From Eledone cirrhosa (lineage: Eukaryota), in the NCBI GenBank assembly GCA_964016885.1, contig OZ024741.1, forward strand, positions 375,782,001 to 375,846,000: DNA of 64,000 nucleotides. Direction: 5' to 3'. Shown piece after piece: positions 11,841 to 25,881 of the stretch. Numbering within the stretch: position 1 is the first letter of the stretch; every line of letters starts with the position of its first letter. Below the pieces are notes generated by a model that saw only the letters and a program-made list of their open reading frames with translations, was not told the DNA's origin and did no database searches. Position numbers and translations under genes: made by a program.

Positions 11841-12645
11841 CTGGTGTCAGCATATATTGATTGATAAAGAAACTGGTGAAGTCATTTCAGTGTGTGTCTG
11901 TGCTTGTCTCAGCGCGCGCCCAAGTGTGTGTACGTGCGTGTGTGTGTATGTGCGTACGTGTGTGCGTGTGCGTGCAGGTTTACCTGTGCCTGTGTCTTTT
12001 TTGCATGTGGGCTTGTGTGTATGTGTGTGAGTATATATGTGTGTTTGTGCTTGTGTGTGCGCATGCGTGTTTATGTGTGTTCGTGTTTGTTTGTCTGCAT
12101 GTTGGCTTGTGTATATATATTTGTATGTTGTGTATATATATTTGTGTGAGTGTGTGTGTGCATATGTGCATACGTGATTAGACACAGCATGTCCGAATTG
12201 TTTAAAAGTTCGCCTTTCAAACAAGATGTCACAAGCTGTATTCCAGGAAGGATTACTCTTTCGGTCATACAAGAAGAAAAATAAAATAAAACCCTACCAG
12301 AACCAGAGCCATAACGAAACCAGAATATAAACATAGCTTTTAAAATAAGGGATACTGGGGGAACATTCCAATAAATATTGTAATACAACGCGAACACAAT
12401 AGGCAGGATTTTGTTCTATGGTACAGGGGCCCAAAGTCGTACACTGTAGTATAGGTGAGCTGCCTGGTAAATATGATGTATCATTTAAAGCAGGGATCTG
12501 CAACATATTCCATTGGCGAGCCACCTTTGAACATTAGAACAACTATTAGGGCCATTAATATTTATTAAGCACTATTCCAAAGATTTTTAGGAGATTAGTA
12601 TCGGTGTACATATATGTATTATAAATGACAATAAATGCCCGTGTG

Positions 12646-13123
12646 TGTTGTGACAAGGTTTTACTTCACAGAAGTCAAATGAATTAATATAAATAAATTG
12701 TTACCCGTTGGTCACAACCCCTAGGTTGGAGTGTGTAGAGAAGAACAGAAATCTTCTCTTGGAGGTGTTAGCATTTTCTTAGGCTGCCGGTGGTGTGCTT
12801 CTTGGTGGCGAAGGAAATGAGGCAGGAATTCTTCTTGCTGGCGAAGGAAATGAGACAGGAGTCATCTCATGACAAGGTCTCAGGTGTTGTTGTCACTTCG
12901 GAGTTCAGGATGCTAGAGAGGCTGATAGCTACCAGCCCCCAGATTTATAGTGCCCAGGGGGACGCAACTCCGTTTAGTACCTGAATCTGCCAATGGGGGT
13001 CGCGCCTCTCGCAAAGGGACGTAACTCCTATTCGTGCTGAGTTACGACCGTCGTAAAGGGACGCAACTCCCATACGTGCTGAGTCGCAACCGTAAGGGGA
13101 CGCTACGCTACAGATTCACCACA
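12646..13123 (-). mobile_element. Possible solo LTR
   Basis: TGTTGTGA...CACCACA termini, CTATAAA TATA-like box on the minus strand, short internal repeats; no clear TSD. Confidence 0.35.
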
Positions 13124-13419
13124 ACTTCTTTCCATAACACGGAACTAGGAAATTATAACACACATAACCCTTTAGTATAGGTCAACTAACAGAAAATTGT
13201 ATTACGGTTACGAAAAAAATTCTAAATAAGCCTACAAGGTTAAAATTAAAAACGGTCATCGTGAGTTACTCTGACTCGTCTGGCGGGCCGGATTGTGGCC
13301 CGCGGGCCGCCTGTTGCACGCCCCTGATTTAAAGTTAAGAAGAGAACATTTATGATGAGCTGCGGAACTTAGGGCTCTTGTATTCTGGTTATAGATTCAT
13401 ATTTGTACCGATTTCCATA

Positions 13420-13620
13420 ATGGCGGTGGATTGGCAGTATCAGTAGAGCGTCGGACATGCTTCGTGGCTTAGAGTTACTTCCCTTTACGCTCTGAGTTCA
13501 AATCTCACCGAGGTTAGTCTCACCTTTCATTCTTACAGGGTCAATAAAATAAAGTACCAGTGATACACTGATACTTTATTTTACTTTCTCCACCCCCCTT
13601 ATGCCTAAATCGGAAACCAT
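13420..13620 (+). mobile_element. tRNA-derived SINE
   Basis: GGCGGTGGATTGGCAGTATCAGTAGAGCGTCGG...GAGTTCAAATC...AAAATAAAGTACCAG. Confidence 0.8.
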
Positions 13621-14286
13621 TACCATAACGGCAATGGGCTATGTAACTATAGATTTAAATGAAAACCTGGGAATACTAGGCTTTTCCGCAAACTGATTAA
13701 CATCTTCCATATCCAGTCGATTAATGGTACAGTGAAGATTTACAAGACATTCTTAATTGACTCCCTAATTGAGTTCCCTGGAATGAAGCTATACGCATAA
13801 CTAACTACACACGGGCCTCTGGCACACACACACATAGGCGCGCGCACACACACACTCTCTCTTTCACATACACAGGGACAAAGGGTAATCATGTACACTA
13901 GCATAGCACTCGTAAAAATTGCAGTCATAATATAAATGTAAGCAAGCACACCGACGTATGTACACTGACGTATTTACATTGGTCATATATCTTGGAATTG
14001 TATTGTCTAAAACAAGTCTAGACACTTCGTTAGTGATTGGCTTAAATTCTGAAAAGTAAGGCATCAATAAATCTCAAAGAAAACACATACAAACACACAC
14101 ATGTATATATATATATACAAATACTCACACACGCGCATGCATACAAACATACATATATACATATATTTATACATATATACATACACACACATACATACAT
14201 ACACATACACATACTCACACATATATATCTACATACATACATATATACACATACATACATACAAACAAACATTCATACATACATAC

Positions 14287-15672
14287 TCGCTTGGACGATA
14301 GACGAAATCCAAGCAATTGATGTTAAAACTCGAAAAATCCCAAACAACATTGAAACTTCCACATCAACAGTGACATAGACCGCATCTACTTGAAACGTAA
14401 GCAGGGAGGCAGAGGGCTAACATCAGTCCAGACAGCATTTGAATGTCGCATCATATCCCTCCGACAACATTTACGAACCACCAAACGTAGGAGCCCATCT
14501 ACTGAGCAAGTCTCTCTGCATGCGAGTTGGGAAGGAACTCCTTGAAAGATACTCCCTGTATGATAATCAAAAGCTCACATCCAGGGAAATTGCCCATCAA
14601 TACCGTAGCGAATCCATGGATGAAAAACTGCATGCTTATCAGCAAAACGTCATGAATGGATAGGTTTCCAGGTAACTCCAGAGTGAGAGTAATATAGATA
14701 AGGAAAGTAGTCTATCTTGGACCAACCACTGCTATATTGGCTACCACTCTGAAGGATATGATTTTGCAATCCAAGAACAGGAAATCAACACAAAATACAT
14801 ACCTGGTTTACAAAAGAGATAGGGATGCAGACAAACACCTAGATGGAACAAGTGCTGACTCTGCAGAATTAACATCGAAGATTCACCCATGTCATAAGCA
14901 GCTGTCCAAAGATGTCATCACGGTACTATCTACCTATGAGGCATGATGTAGTGGCCAAAACACTGTACAATGCAATCCGTAGAAAATATAGCCTCGATAA
15001 TAAACACATTAAAAGCTACAGTAATGTGGAAGACATACATATACATAATATGAAAGAGTACTGGTGGAATGTTCCAGTAAAAACCCACAAAAGATGCAAA
15101 CATAACAGACCAGATATAATGATACAGGACAGGGAAAAGAAGACATTCACAGTAGTGGAAGTTAGCTTCCCAGCAGATGCCAATATAATATTAAAGATTA
15201 GCGAAAAGGAGAATATCTATGCAGAACTAATGAGAAATCTACAGATACTCTATCCTAACTATACCTTCAGATTTAAACCTGTGAATATTGGGGCACTGAG
15301 ATATGTTAGTAATTGCCTCGGTACAAATCTTGAGAATCTAGGCTTCACATGAACAGAAAGAACACGACTAGTTAGGAAATTACAAGTACAACCCATTAAT
15401 GAAACAGTAAATATATGTAAAACATGCCAAAAATTCTGCATCTAATAACTGCATGTGCACATGTACAGATGCAAAGCATATGCTGATATATGACTCCAAA
15501 CATATACATCCTGACATACATTAACATTCATACCTGCACATGCATGCAGACATGCAGACATATCTACCTAGTTGATGTTGTGTAGATTCCAATGAGAGAG
15601 TCTTGAATCTATGTTAGAAACCGACTCTCTCCCTATTGGTAAACATTTATAAAATTATAAAACCAGAAGAAC
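14287..15672 (+). mobile_element. R4/Dong-like non-LTR retrotransposon, degenerate 3' half (REL endonuclease)
   Basis: RIYLKRKQGGRGL, YYLPMRHDVVAK, KHNRPDIMI.D, VEVS.P; flanked by (CATA)n on both sides. Confidence 0.8.
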
Positions 15673-15969
15673 ATACATACATACGCAATCTTTTTAGATT
15701 CTTAACATTTCTATCAATGAGAAAATTAATTACCGCAAAGCAGAAAGTGTTGACCATTTCCCATTGTAAGCATACACTTATTTAGCTACCGCCTGAGTAA
15801 ATGTCCGAAATTTTGAATGTCCCACCAATAAAATTAAAATTGTCACGCATGTACTAGTTGACTGATTTTGTCAGAATAGACAGGCAGTAAGTATGGTTTC
15901 AGCCATTGTTGAACGCAGACTTGTTTGCAATTGATTTTTCGAATAGGCTATGAAGCCGGTAAACACTAA

Positions 15970-16501
15970 AGTGACGCAACACACATCGCTCTAGCGTTTC
16001 ACCAGCCCCTCCCTTCTGTTGTGTATTTACGTGTAAATGTGTGTGTATGTAACTAAAGGGCAACGTACGTTACTGTAGTGCTCTCTAGACAAAGGGAAGT
16101 AGCTAGAGTTACTTCCCGTAGAATTTCTAGAATATTCCTTGAACTTCCGTTCCGGGTATTATAAAAGAAAGAGCAAAGGGCAATCTCCCTCTTTTGGCAG
16201 CAGGCTCTCGAGCTGACCAAACCAAGCACAGATGTGTTAAGTTTTTCTAATCCTACCTTCTATTTCAGAATTACACCATATCATGTCACGAGGTACGTCT
16301 TGTTACCAAATTGTAATACACACACTACAATAAATACAAGTTGTTATTGATACTCGTTTTAAGATATTTGTCATGCTTCAATTATTACTTCGAATGTAGA
16401 GAGATAATTCTAACAAAGAAAAATTAGTGGTTGGCATCAGTGGTATTTACTGGAGTAAATAACCCTATGACCAATTCACTAAATTGGTGACCTGACGTGA
16501 T
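15970..16501 (+). mobile_element. LTR retrotransposon remnant: LTR plus tRNA-Trp primer-binding site
   Basis: AGTGA...TCACT termini, TATAAAA near 16160, AATAAA near 16329, then TGGTGACCTGACGTGAT (16485-16501), nearly complementary to the tRNA-Trp 3' end. Confidence 0.55.
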
Positions 16502-18273
16502 GTAAAAATATTTGATGCAACAGTGGGCAATTGATGGCGGAAAAGATTTAAATTTGTGTTAACAATTGTCTTAACTTGGGCCGCAACTCATGGTGTCTAA
16601 CACTCTTAACCGCTACATAGCCTCTTCCTTGATTTTTACATAAAATCTTCCCTGTTATTGTTTATTAATAATTGGTAAAAATATATTCTATATAAAATAC
16701 ATTTTATATAAATAAGGAATTTGTAGTTTACTGAAAGAATTGTGTATGGTATATAGCATTTGAAGTTTGAAAGCCACGACAATGTAAAATGTACCGATAA
16801 AGAATTCAGCCTAAACACGACACATAACATCTCATTTCGTTTGATTTCTTTATCCGTCCATTTCGTATTGTCGTGACTTTCAAACTTCAAATTCTATGTA
16901 CATTCTATATATTTGACTAAGAGGCAATGGGGTCATGATTTCGTTAAAATAGACAGGCTGTATAGTCCAACCATTGTTGAACGCAGACGAAATATATTCT
17001 ATATAAAATACTGGCAAACGAAAATGTAAGAGTATACTTGGCAGTCTAAAGGACAAAGAAAAATCCTTACATCAATGTTACATACAATCTTAAGCAAGAA
17101 ATCCGAATAGAAAAGATAAATTAATCGTAAGACGGTACAACTAATGATTGAAATGGTATGTTTATTTAATATTTGTAGATTGGACTCAGAAGAAAATAGG
17201 AATTAATACATATAATATTCAAAACAAACCCGTTGAGCGCTTAATGAAGACACATGTTTCACTACTGCAAGTTTACTTTGGTTTAACTTATTACAAAATA
17301 TCCCAACAGGACTACACAACATAAAATCACAGACGAAGCTACTTGTGTTGATAATGAGGCTACTGCAAAGTTTCCAGACATTAAAAAAACAACAAAAAGA
17401 AACAACACCTAAAAAGGCAAGTAGAAAGATAGACAAATATTTAAGGTTGACGAAGTGGGCATATTTAGGAAACCACGATAATCTGGCGGAAAGGAAATTT
17501 CCAGCGTAAATATTTAGGGAAAAGACAACAGGAAATATCAAAACTTTAGCAGGATATGACTTTAAAACTCAGTCAGAACAAATACGGCAAAGCCCAGCTT
17601 AATGAATAAGGGGGGTAAAGAAGGAACGATAGATGGGAAAGGAATCTTAAGATTCTACTGTACTTCAATATTTCCCCTCTAATGAAGCATAGTGAATTCA
17701 CTGTTAAAATAACGTGACTTTGTTGTAAGAGTATGAATAAATCTCCTTATACAATACTCTAAAATAAATATTGAATTCTTCCTGGCATCACACAAACACA
17801 CACACACACAACAGAAGCTGTCAGCGGCCCCACGCACACGCACACGCACACGCACACACACACACACACACACACACTTATATATATATAAATCCAGGAG
17901 TGTAACGTAAAGTTATTGTAGGTTCACGCAGGTGAGCACTCGATGTTTAGATTCACGTCTGTATCGAGGTATAGAGCTAACCAACAGAGGTCCGACGAGC
18001 TTTTGATTCCAGAGTCGGGCCAGATCGATACAGATCGAACCTTGAGTTGATCAATAGCGAAACGCGCGTCACCCATGAATAAACGTAATGAAGGTTTAAC
18101 AAATCGTCCTTGTATTATATAAATAAATATATATATATATATATACAAATTTTAGTACAGCATTAACGAAGCTTTAGTTTGCGGCCAAGCTAACGAATGC
18201 AAATTCGGTATGTAGATTTAGCACAGTCCAGCCGCACTACCACAGCAACGAGAATGGTTGGACTCAGGAAAAG

Positions 18274-18380
<107 letters not shown>

Positions 18381-18519
18381 TTATATGTAGGAATATAATC
18401 AAAAAGTTTGTAAATAATGAATTTTATTTTCAAAAGATAAATAGATATGAGAAAGAAAGATAAAAGCAAAATTGAGTAATGAGAACTTGAAGCAATCGAC
18501 CCAAGAGGATTGCCTCAAG

Positions 18520-19000
18520 GAAAGAGATGAACTACGAGAAGAGGCTAAAAAAACTAAAGCTTTACTCTTTGGATCAAAGACGGGAGAGATACACAGTGAT
18601 ATACGTATGAAAGATCCTGGAAGAGTTAGCATTAAACTTCACCATATAAGGCAAAACCAGCCCACGAATAGGACGCTACTGTATAGTGCCAAAGGACCAT
18701 CCTTCGCATCAAGAATAAGGATCACATGCTGCAATATTTTGGGATTCAAATTACCCCATCTCTTTAATAAGCTACCAAATCATCCGAGAGATTTACATGG
18801 TGCGCATGTAGATGTTTTTTTAGAGACATCTCGACTTTCTGCTGACTAAGATCTCGGATCAACCCACAGCACGAGGCGAAGCGGAAATAAGGGCGGCAGC
18901 AATGAACTCCCTTTTGCATCAATGGCCAACGAAAGAAAGCTGGCTGTAGAAAGTGTAGCACCAATGGTGGTGCCCTAGTATATTGGCAGGAAAATGTATA
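18520..19000 (+). mobile_element. CR1/L2-group LINE 3' fragment, degenerate
   Basis: LKKLKL...QRRERYTVIYV*KIL and ...LFNKLP...RDL motifs. Confidence 0.55.
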
Positions 19001-20851
19001 TATAGATATACATGAGCAGTTAAAAAAACCCATAATTTGAAGTCCATGAGCAACCTAGAGTCAATCGGTGGGTAATCCGAAGAGTGACGGAGTAGAGTCC
19101 CAAGAAGCTGATAGATATTCGGGTTCGAAATATATATATTTATATAATACACAAACATAATACAGAGATGTACATACATACATATATGGAACCGTAACTC
19201 CCGATGGAGTCGTAGGGGAGCCGTATTGATATGCGGCGTTTCTAAGGCATTTTTAAAGCCGGCGAAGCTCGATCCTCTCCAGGTCTGAACACAGCAGATT
19301 TCTTCCATAGAAGGAAAGAGAGAGAGAGAGAGAACGAAAGTGAGAAAAAGATATATAGGAAGAATCGAATGGTATATTTTTATCGATCTCGAATGGATGA
19401 AATACAAAGTTGATCCCGGCGCGATTTGAACTCGGAGAGCAGAGAGCCGGAACGAATATCGCAAAACATTCTACCTGACGTTCTCACGACTATACAGAGA
19501 TGTAAAGACACACAATGTAATATTTGTGTCAAAAGTGAAAAAGTATATATAACGTGGGAATCTACCGAGAATATAACGTAAGAATGAATTGAATTGAAAT
19601 AATGAAAAAATAAAGAAGAGTAGCAATGTACGTAGGTCAAGTGTTTTCTATCATATCTTCAGGATGAGCCAAGCCTTGTGTAAAAATCAGAGAAGACAAG
19701 TGTCTGTGGAATACTCAACCACTTACACCGGAATTCAACGAGTAGATAATAAATCGCGCGAAGTGCAAGATCCTGTCACCAAGCTAAACATTGATCACAT
19801 TGGATAATTCTGAAGTAGAGCATGTAACAGAATTTGTGTTGCGTAGCAGAGTAGTACGAAATAGATCAGAACGCGTGAAAAGAGAAATTTCAATAGCATC
19901 AAGCATCAACAGCGCTCTTATGTTTTTCTCCAAACATGGACTCGGTTGATGAACGCAGACAAGAAGTGTTTGAAATGTAGTCTTACGTGTAAAGTCTATC
20001 ATCCTCCCCTTGCTTTCGTTTCTTAACAATCCAAACCAAACCGTTTACCCCCTTTACATCTCATTTAACCCATTAGAATTTACATTACTATAAATTTACT
20101 AATGTATTTTAACGGTAAAAGCTTTACCTCACATAATATCTCACATAATATCCAAACTATGAGATTTTGATATTATTTATTTTTACGGGGTCGATAAAAT
20201 AAAGTACCAGTAATGCACTGGGGTAATTGCTAACTTTGTGCCAAAAGTAGAAACAATTGTTTATTTTGAAAACAATACCTTAACATCAGTATGAGCAGCC
20301 AGTTACAGCCGGTTTGAATAGAAAGAGGTGAAAGAATTCTAGCAGAATATGGCTAGTTTAAATGCTAAAGGTTAAGAACTAACAGTTCATCTTTACGAAC
20401 CGAAATTGATTTTTTCATTGCTAGCAAATAGTTTTATGGTCTATACTAGGAATATCAATACAAAGAAAAAAAAAAAAAAAGGCGCGGAAATATTTCTATA
20501 AGGAAACTTCTCTAAATGTCTTACGTCATTACCAAGCTAGAGAGAAAGAATAGACTAAAATATTTCAGCTATGTAATAAGAAGGTCATCTAATAATAACG
20601 AATCAAATTCTAAATCACGTGGTAGACTGTCTGAGAGGTGGACCTCTCAAAGCAGTAAAAGAAAAACTGGGTTATTGATCAAAATAGAGGTGTGTAGGGA
20701 AACGAATTTCTACTATGATCTCTCTCTCTCTCATATATTACGTATATATTACGTATATATACATATACGTAATATACATATATATATGAATTTCGAAGAT
20801 CTCTCTTTCTCTCAAAATATTTACTTCTGTGTCCACAGATTCATTATTTTT

Positions 20852-20901
20852 GTTTCAGAAGATCCCGTTAAAGGTGAAAGCAGCGATTCTTTTGCTTAAA
20901 C
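20852..20901 (+). ncRNA. Degenerate type I hammerhead ribozyme
   Basis: GUUU-CAGAAGA-UCCCGUUAAAGGU-GAAA-GCA...UGC-U-U-AAAC; core has U4A. Confidence 0.5.
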
Positions 20902-21093
20902 TTTAATCTGTTCTTATAATATATATATAATATTATATTATATTATATTATATCATATTATTTATTTATGTTCATACACGGAACAAAACTTGTAAGAACA
21001 TAGACGCATAATATATTTATGGTCTCTTACCGATTGAGTAGTAGTTTTTCATTTTCCTTTTCACACCCTTCGGATATTGCTATATATACATAG

Positions 21094-21144
<51 letters not shown>

Positions 21145-21146
<2 letters not shown>

Positions 21147-21345
21147 AAAAGGTAAACAGAAATAGCAACACAATCGGTACAGTATATGGAAGGGATATAT
21201 TAGGTTAACGCTTCATATAGCAGGAAGAGGGTCTTAACGTTTCGAACGCTAGTCCTTCATCAGAAGAAAGAATGAGAAATAAGATAGATTGAGGGGACGG
21301 GCGGGATGGAATTGGAAAAAATGTCTTTAGAAAAAAATAACAGGT
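21145..21345 (-). mobile_element. PLE 3'-end/pLTR family B with hammerhead at 21232-21267
   Basis: UCUU-CUGAUGA-A-GGAC UAGC GUUC-GAAA-CG-U-U-AAGA; other copies at 31280-31470 (+), 38323-38527 (-), 59190-59335 (+) and a partial at 26283-26320. Confidence 0.8.
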
Positions 21346-21574
21346 CCATTCATGTTGACATCTCTTGCAAAACTACACACACACACACACATATATAGGC
21401 AAAGTTAACCTCGGCGGGATTTGAACTCAGAATGGCAAGGGCCGTAACTCTATGCGTCAAAGCATGGCGTCCGACCCTCTAACATTCGATTCGTTTGCAA
21501 TTTTGCAAACAAGCCTCAATTTTAAAGCCATGTCAGTAGAATGAACACTTCATTCTTGCTCTTGTGTTGGCATG

Positions 21575-21652
<78 letters not shown>

Positions 21653-22245
21653 TGTATATATATATATGTCGTAGCTATTTTTGCAAATTCTACCACCTTC
21701 ACCATTAATTCATTTTACAGATGTTTTTAACCCATTGATACCAAAAATTATTTGGACATCAGCTCGCGTGTATGTGTAAGTATATATATCTATATGCGTG
21801 TGCGTGTTTGTCTATGTATGTATGCATGCATGAATGAATACAGTGAGCTATAAATTTACAACCACTGATTTCAACTATATACATAATAATATATTTTGGT
21901 TTCTATTAATTCCCTCGGGAATTGTTTGACCAAATGCTTTGCTTAATTGTTTTATCTATTAAAAAAATATATTTTTTCTCTAAGACTTTAGTTATTTTTT
22001 GACAGCACAGCATTGGCCCCTAAAATACAACAGTGGGCTCTTACAATGCTACCGCGGGCGCCATGGAGCCCACTTGCCAGTGGGCAACCTGGCAACCTGG
22101 CCAGTTCGTCACTGTGTATATGTACAGTATATACACATACAGCCATACACCGAGACACGCACATACACACGCATAACGTCGACGGCTATTCCTCTTTTTC
22201 GATTATATTTTCTCTTCTTTTAAAGTTTATTATTTATATCAGTGA

Positions 22246-22440
22246 GGGCGGTGGATTGGCAGTATCGGTAGAGGGTCGGACGCCATGCTTTGCAACATAG
22301 AGTTACGCCCCTTTATCATCTGAGTTCAAATCCCGCCGAGGTTAACTTTGCCTTTCATCCTTACGAGGTCGATAAAATAAAGTACCAGTAATGCACTGAT
22401 ATAATTGCTAGTCTTGTGCCAAAAGTAGAAACAATTATTT
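22246..22440 (+). mobile_element. tRNA-derived SINE
   Basis: Same family as 4603; partial copies also at 20185-20258 and 21398-21480. Confidence 0.85.
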
Positions 22441-22699
22441 ATAACGGTGTCTTTAGTGGCTGGCAATTCCGATGTTTGCAAGGGTAATTGTCCACGTAGT
22501 CATATATGATATTCCGTTAAAGTCTTGGTTGGAGTTAGCGAATCTTTTGTTGCAGACTTTTGTCATCATGAATTCTTTTGCGATTCTTTTAAATACGTTC
22601 TGCTTCGAACTTAATGACTCCGCGTTGTACTGCCTTTTAATTTTTGTTCCCAGGACACACATTCCATGCTAGTGCTCTTTGTATACCATGTGAGTGTAT

Positions 22700-23395
22700 T
22701 TATAAAGTGATGAATTATGTAACAGGATTACGTTGAACATTATAATAAAACGATTTGACGTGGCAGTTAGGTGCTATTCATGCGACAGACAACCTGACCA
22801 TCTAAGACGATGTTTAATGATGATAAACCCAATGCTGTTGACTTTGGCCCACTCAAAGACCCCATGGTTGTTAATATAGTCTTCCCGTTTGATGGACATA
22901 AATATGCGTGTGGTCGCTTCGTTTTAACAACCAATATCCAGAAACTGGACTTGATCTTTGCTCGTTAAACTCTGCTGCTGGTGATAGAACCTTGTAGAGA
23001 AGAATATCTCATGTTGATGCGCAGTCTGCAACTGGCGGAGTTCAGCGTCACAAAAAGATCAAGAAACCCAAAAATTTTTGTACAGCTTGCTCCAATTTCA
23101 ATCCTTCCAGATTTCAACATTATCATCTCCAATACACCACTAGAACAAGTAGACCAGCACCCATACCTCGGATGTATTCCCTCAACACAAACACGTCGAG
23201 AGAAAAATTTGGGTTGCCTATGTGACTTTTGGAAAAGTCTTCCATCGTGTCTTCGGAAACAAGAACCTGAAACTACAAAAGTAGCTCATGGTGTATCGAG
23301 CCTTGGTTGTTTCTACTTTACTCAGCAGTTTCAGAACGTGCACTTTGAACAGCTGGGATATCTAAAAACTGGTACGATTACACCCAAAGGAACAT
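22700..23395 (+). pseudogene. Highly degraded RTE-type RT fragment
   Basis: PLEQVDQHPYLG motif and broken RT-like segments. Confidence 0.4.
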
Positions 23396-23396
23396 C

Positions 23397-23460
<64 letters not shown>

Positions 23461-23532
23461 CACATATACATATATATTTATACATGGATACATACGTACA
23501 CAACACAAACACTCACATGCAGACGCTGGACA

Positions 23533-23582
<50 letters not shown>

Positions 23583-23583
23583 A

Positions 23584-23634
<51 letters not shown>

Positions 23635-23810
23635 AGTTTTTACACACACTATCCCAATGTGGGTTATTCAACATATAACAAAATACATTTTCCGTCTCGT
23701 TTTGACTACACGATTCCCTTCTATTCATTTATAAATCCCGCAACGTTTATGAACAAAGCCTATTGTACTACTAGCGGTGAGTGTATAAAGTTAATATAAA
23801 GAGAGGTGTA

Positions 23811-23954
23811 CTCATGCGCGGAGATGCTATAAAATAGGGTGAAGACTCTTAAAGCCAGAAAAAAAGACGTAACAGCTGATGGTAACATCTTTTTTTGTCT
23901 TTAACGGTCTTCACCCGATTTTATAAACTATCTTATAGCATCTCCGTGCCTGAG
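23811..23954. repeat. Imperfect palindrome
   Basis: CTCATGCGCGGAGATGCTATAAAATAGGGTGAAGAC...GTCTTCACCCGATTTTATA...TAGCATCTCCGTGCCTGAG. Confidence 0.7.
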
Positions 23955-24231
23955 CACACGTACTCTAACTTAACGTAAACCAAACAACTCCAAATCAATG
24001 CTATCTATGAACTATATATGAAAAATATAATTGATATATCAAAACTCAACCTAATTCACAAGATACACACACTAGACGTAAAGTAAAACTAATCACTCAG
24101 AACTGTACCCAAAACACTCCCAGCTTATTAACAATCAACAACTACTAAACTTAAACCAATTACTGTGGTGACAGTCAAGTTTGCAATTTTCAACTGTCGA
24201 AAATTGCAAACTTGACTGTCACCACACATTA

Positions 24232-24270
24232 TGAACCTGAAGATTGCGAAAGCATGAAAGTACTTGTTCA
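24232..24270 (+). ncRNA. Minimal type I hammerhead ribozyme, preceded by a ~62-bp hairpin (24164-24226)
   Basis: UGAAC-CUGAAGA-UUGC GAAA GCAU-GAAA-GUAC-U-U-GUUCA; palindromic stem III AGUACU. Confidence 0.8.
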
Positions 24271-24618
24271 ATTAACACTTAACATTTAATATTCTATCAT
24301 ACTGTTTCATTATAATACCATTATAAATTTTAAAGGATTGTAAATAAAACGAGTAAATCAGACAAAGTTGGAATTCCTCTTATTAATATATATATATATA
24401 TATATGAATATAAATACATAATCGGAGAAAGCTAATAGCGATACTCCGGCCAAATTCCAACTCACTCAACAAACATTAGGAAATACCTGAGTATATTCCT
24501 AATTAAACGTTCGGGGTGCTAACTAATTGGATTGTGTGGAGAACTGGCTGTATCATTTCATATGAGATATATCAAATATATCTCTTCCCAGACGGACACA
24601 CACAGATATATATATATA

Positions 24619-24658
<40 letters not shown>

Positions 24659-24693
24659 TGCATGTACGTATATGTATGTATATTTTTACTCAC

Positions 24694-24789
24694 CACATTA
24701 ACCATGTGTAAAGTTTGAGGCATAGATAATGACTTGTCCGTTACTGAAAGAAGAAATACTAATACAAGGAGAGAGAAAGCTGGCTGCAT
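24694..24789 (-). CDS. Histidine acid phosphatase (ACP2/ACP3-like), coding exon 1: signal peptide
   Basis: ATG at 24789; MQPAFSLLVLVFLLSVTDKSLSMPQTLHMVNV (32 codons, hydrophobic signal peptide), then donor GTGAGT; joins in phase 0 to the LFRHGDR exon. Confidence 0.85.
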
Positions 24790-25600
24790 TGTTGTGCTCT
24801 GTGATAACTGCTTTAAGAAATCAAGGACAGAGAAATTTGCTTTTATAACTAGGAAGTCAATGTCCAATCCTTTTAACTTGACATTGAGTGTCTGTGTGTG
24901 TGAGTGTTTGTGAGTGAGCGCTTGTATGATTTTTTCGCGTGTAAGTGTGTGTGTATGTGTGTGTGTATATGCGTGTGTGTGTATGTGTGTGTATGTATGT
25001 GTGTTTTTCTGCGCGTGCGCGTGTTTGTGAGTGAGCGTGTGTATAAATGTTTTGCTTTTCCGCGCGCGTGCGCCCGCGTGTGTGTGTCTGAGTAAGTATT
25101 TGCGTGTGTGTATGTATGTGTGCGCGCGTGTGTATGTGTATGCTTGTGTGTATGTGATTGCGTGTGTGTATGTATGTGATTGCGCGCGTGTGTATATGTG
25201 TCCTTGTGTGTTTTTGCGTGTGTGCGTATGTGTGTGTGTGTGTATGTGTGTGTGTGTGTGTGTGTGTGTTTCTTTTGAGCGTAGGTGTATGCATGTGTAG
25301 TGTGTATGTGTATGTGTGTGTAGTGTTTGTTTTTTTGAGCGTGGGCGTACGTGTGTGTAGTGTTTGCGTATGTGTTTGTGTGTGTGTGTGTGCTCGCGCG
25401 TGTGTGCCGGGCATTGAGGAGAAAGTGATTCTGTCGGAAAACATGTGATCTGAAACTAGAGTTCCATTGGAATTTCACATCCTGCCAAATTGCATCATCC
25501 CCCGTCCTCTACTCCACCCCGTCCTCTACTCCACACCACATTTAAAAAAAAAAAATAGGAAACTCACTTTTTTCTTGTATATTTATACTTGCATGCTGAA

Positions 25601-25631
<31 letters not shown>

Positions 25632-25678
25632 GACACACAGACATATACATATACATACATACGTTGGATCTATAGGAT

Positions 25679-25881
25679 ACACGAGGGTTAGATAAAATGT
25701 TCATAGGCTGACTCTGAAAGAGTGATGCTAGGGCTGTGAAATCTTGAATACATTAATTTCATCTCTTGTTATTAATAACTGCATTGGTGCTTTTCAGGGA
25801 CTACGCTGAAAAATAAACCACATTCGGTTATTCCATGAGAGTATCTTGGTCAGCTTATGAACCTTTCAGTTAACCCTCGTA
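25679..25881. mobile_element. Mariner-type MITE
   Basis: ACGAGGGTTAGATAAAATGTTCATAGGCTGAC...GTCAGCTTATGAACCTTTCAGTTAACCCTCGT. Confidence 0.8.

Noticed and set aside
12294-12530. Possible extra acid phosphatase exon
   Set aside because: Exons 1 and 2 already join into a contiguous ACP N-terminus, and no frame here resembles the family.
19615-19670. Hammerhead-like CUGAAGA-UAUGAUA-GAAA on the minus strand (and CUGAAAA...GAAA at 38184-38215)
   Set aside because: Stems I and II are too short or mismatched to distinguish from chance.
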